This document shows positions 63,140-64,000 of a DNA stretch of 64,000 nucleotides, piece by piece. Every line of letters begins with the position of its first letter. Position 1 is the first letter of the stretch. A program made the translations under genes and the position numbers. Source of the DNA: Azolla caroliniana (Eukaryota > Plantae > Polypodiophyta); assembly GCA_043228905.1 (NCBI GenBank), contig JBHGNT010000004.1, positions 3,720,001 through 3,784,000 on the forward strand. The letters are read 5' to 3'. The notes under the pieces were generated by a model. That model did no database searches, was not told the DNA's origin, and saw only the letters and a list, made by a program, of their open reading frames with translations.

Positions 63140-63470
63140 TAAAAACACCTAATGATATGGCAACTTTTCTATCGATTGTTTCCATGCGACTTAGCTCACA
63201 TGCATTGCGATGTGCGACAAGGGCGTTGGGGCACAAGTGATGAGAATGGTCAACTATGCACACTTTGCCCTAAACAAGTTCAAGAGTCTGAGTATAACAC
63301 TCCAATACAATGCTTCGCCTTTGATCATGACCATGCTTTCCACATATCTTCGACCAAGCCCAATCCTTGCACGAATTTCTCTCACAACCACATTGTGCAC
63401 TCTCAATTACAACATTTATTGGTAAAGTTCTTGAATATCGAGGGTTGATACTCACTTTCACATGTATTAC
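63140..63470 (+). mobile_element. LINE 3' fragment in an intron
   Basis: GRW..LCTLCPKQVQESEY..IQC, a C-terminal Cys motif of non-LTR ORF2. Confidence 0.55.
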
Positions 63471-64000
63471 AAGAAATGTAATATTTTTGGTCTCATAGGT
63501 CATATTTGACCTCTGAAGACGATAATATAATCTTTCTCTCTCTCTCCACTAGTATATTGGGTAAAGGAAGAAGGCATTAATGAAGTTGCCATTGGGAATG
63601 TAGACATCACACTTTTGCTATACACATAAGATGTGCTCTTTGCAAATTCTTTCAAAGATACACAAAAGCAATTGGAGGACTTTCGCATGCATACTAAGCT
63701 AAGTGTCGATTGTCATGACCAAAGCTTCAAGAAGATGTCGGTTTCAAAGAAAAGAAGATAATAACAAAACAAGAATACAAGAATTGGATTACCCAAAGAC
63801 CAAGATGACAAGGGTGCTGAAGACTTGCGTTGAACCAAAATGGTTCAGCACCAAGTAGATCTTCCACTTATATAGCATTCATAAAATCACCCATGATCGC
63901 CACTTGGCATATATGTTGTGTGCCACTTGGCATATATGCATGCCATTCGGCAGTCATCCATTGTGTTCAATGCCACGTTACTCTAAATAATAATAATTTG

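Overview
Plant nuclear DNA, by inference a non-seed plant and probably a fern (PLS-PPR style, Trp-primed Ty3/gypsy elements). Bases 1-43.9 kb are a nest of LTR retrotransposons. An old Athila/Tat-like Ty3/gypsy element with an extra 3' ORF hosts several insertions of a tRNA-Trp-primed gypsy lineage (TGTCG..CGACA ends, 4-bp TSDs). A CACTA-like element carrying a RING-H2 cargo gene hosts an intact, apparently very young Tork/Tnt1-like copia, and several other copia elements are nested in each other. Bases 45.7-48.3 kb hold a four-exon Aux/IAA gene with a hAT MITE upstream. After it come a LINE-disrupted PPR pseudogene, a decaying tandem array of tRNA-Arg(UCG) units and the 3' exons of a Snapin-like gene. 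Three observations stand out: (1) tRNA-derived Pol III A/B-box modules at tRNA-like spacing in the LTRs of five dissimilar LTR families; (2) a G-GAU-UUU-stop slippery site plus pseudoknot placing a -1 frameshift between protease and RT; (3) a covarying hairpin beside the PPT shared by gag-only and pol-only derivatives. All comparisons were made by eye; no searches were run.
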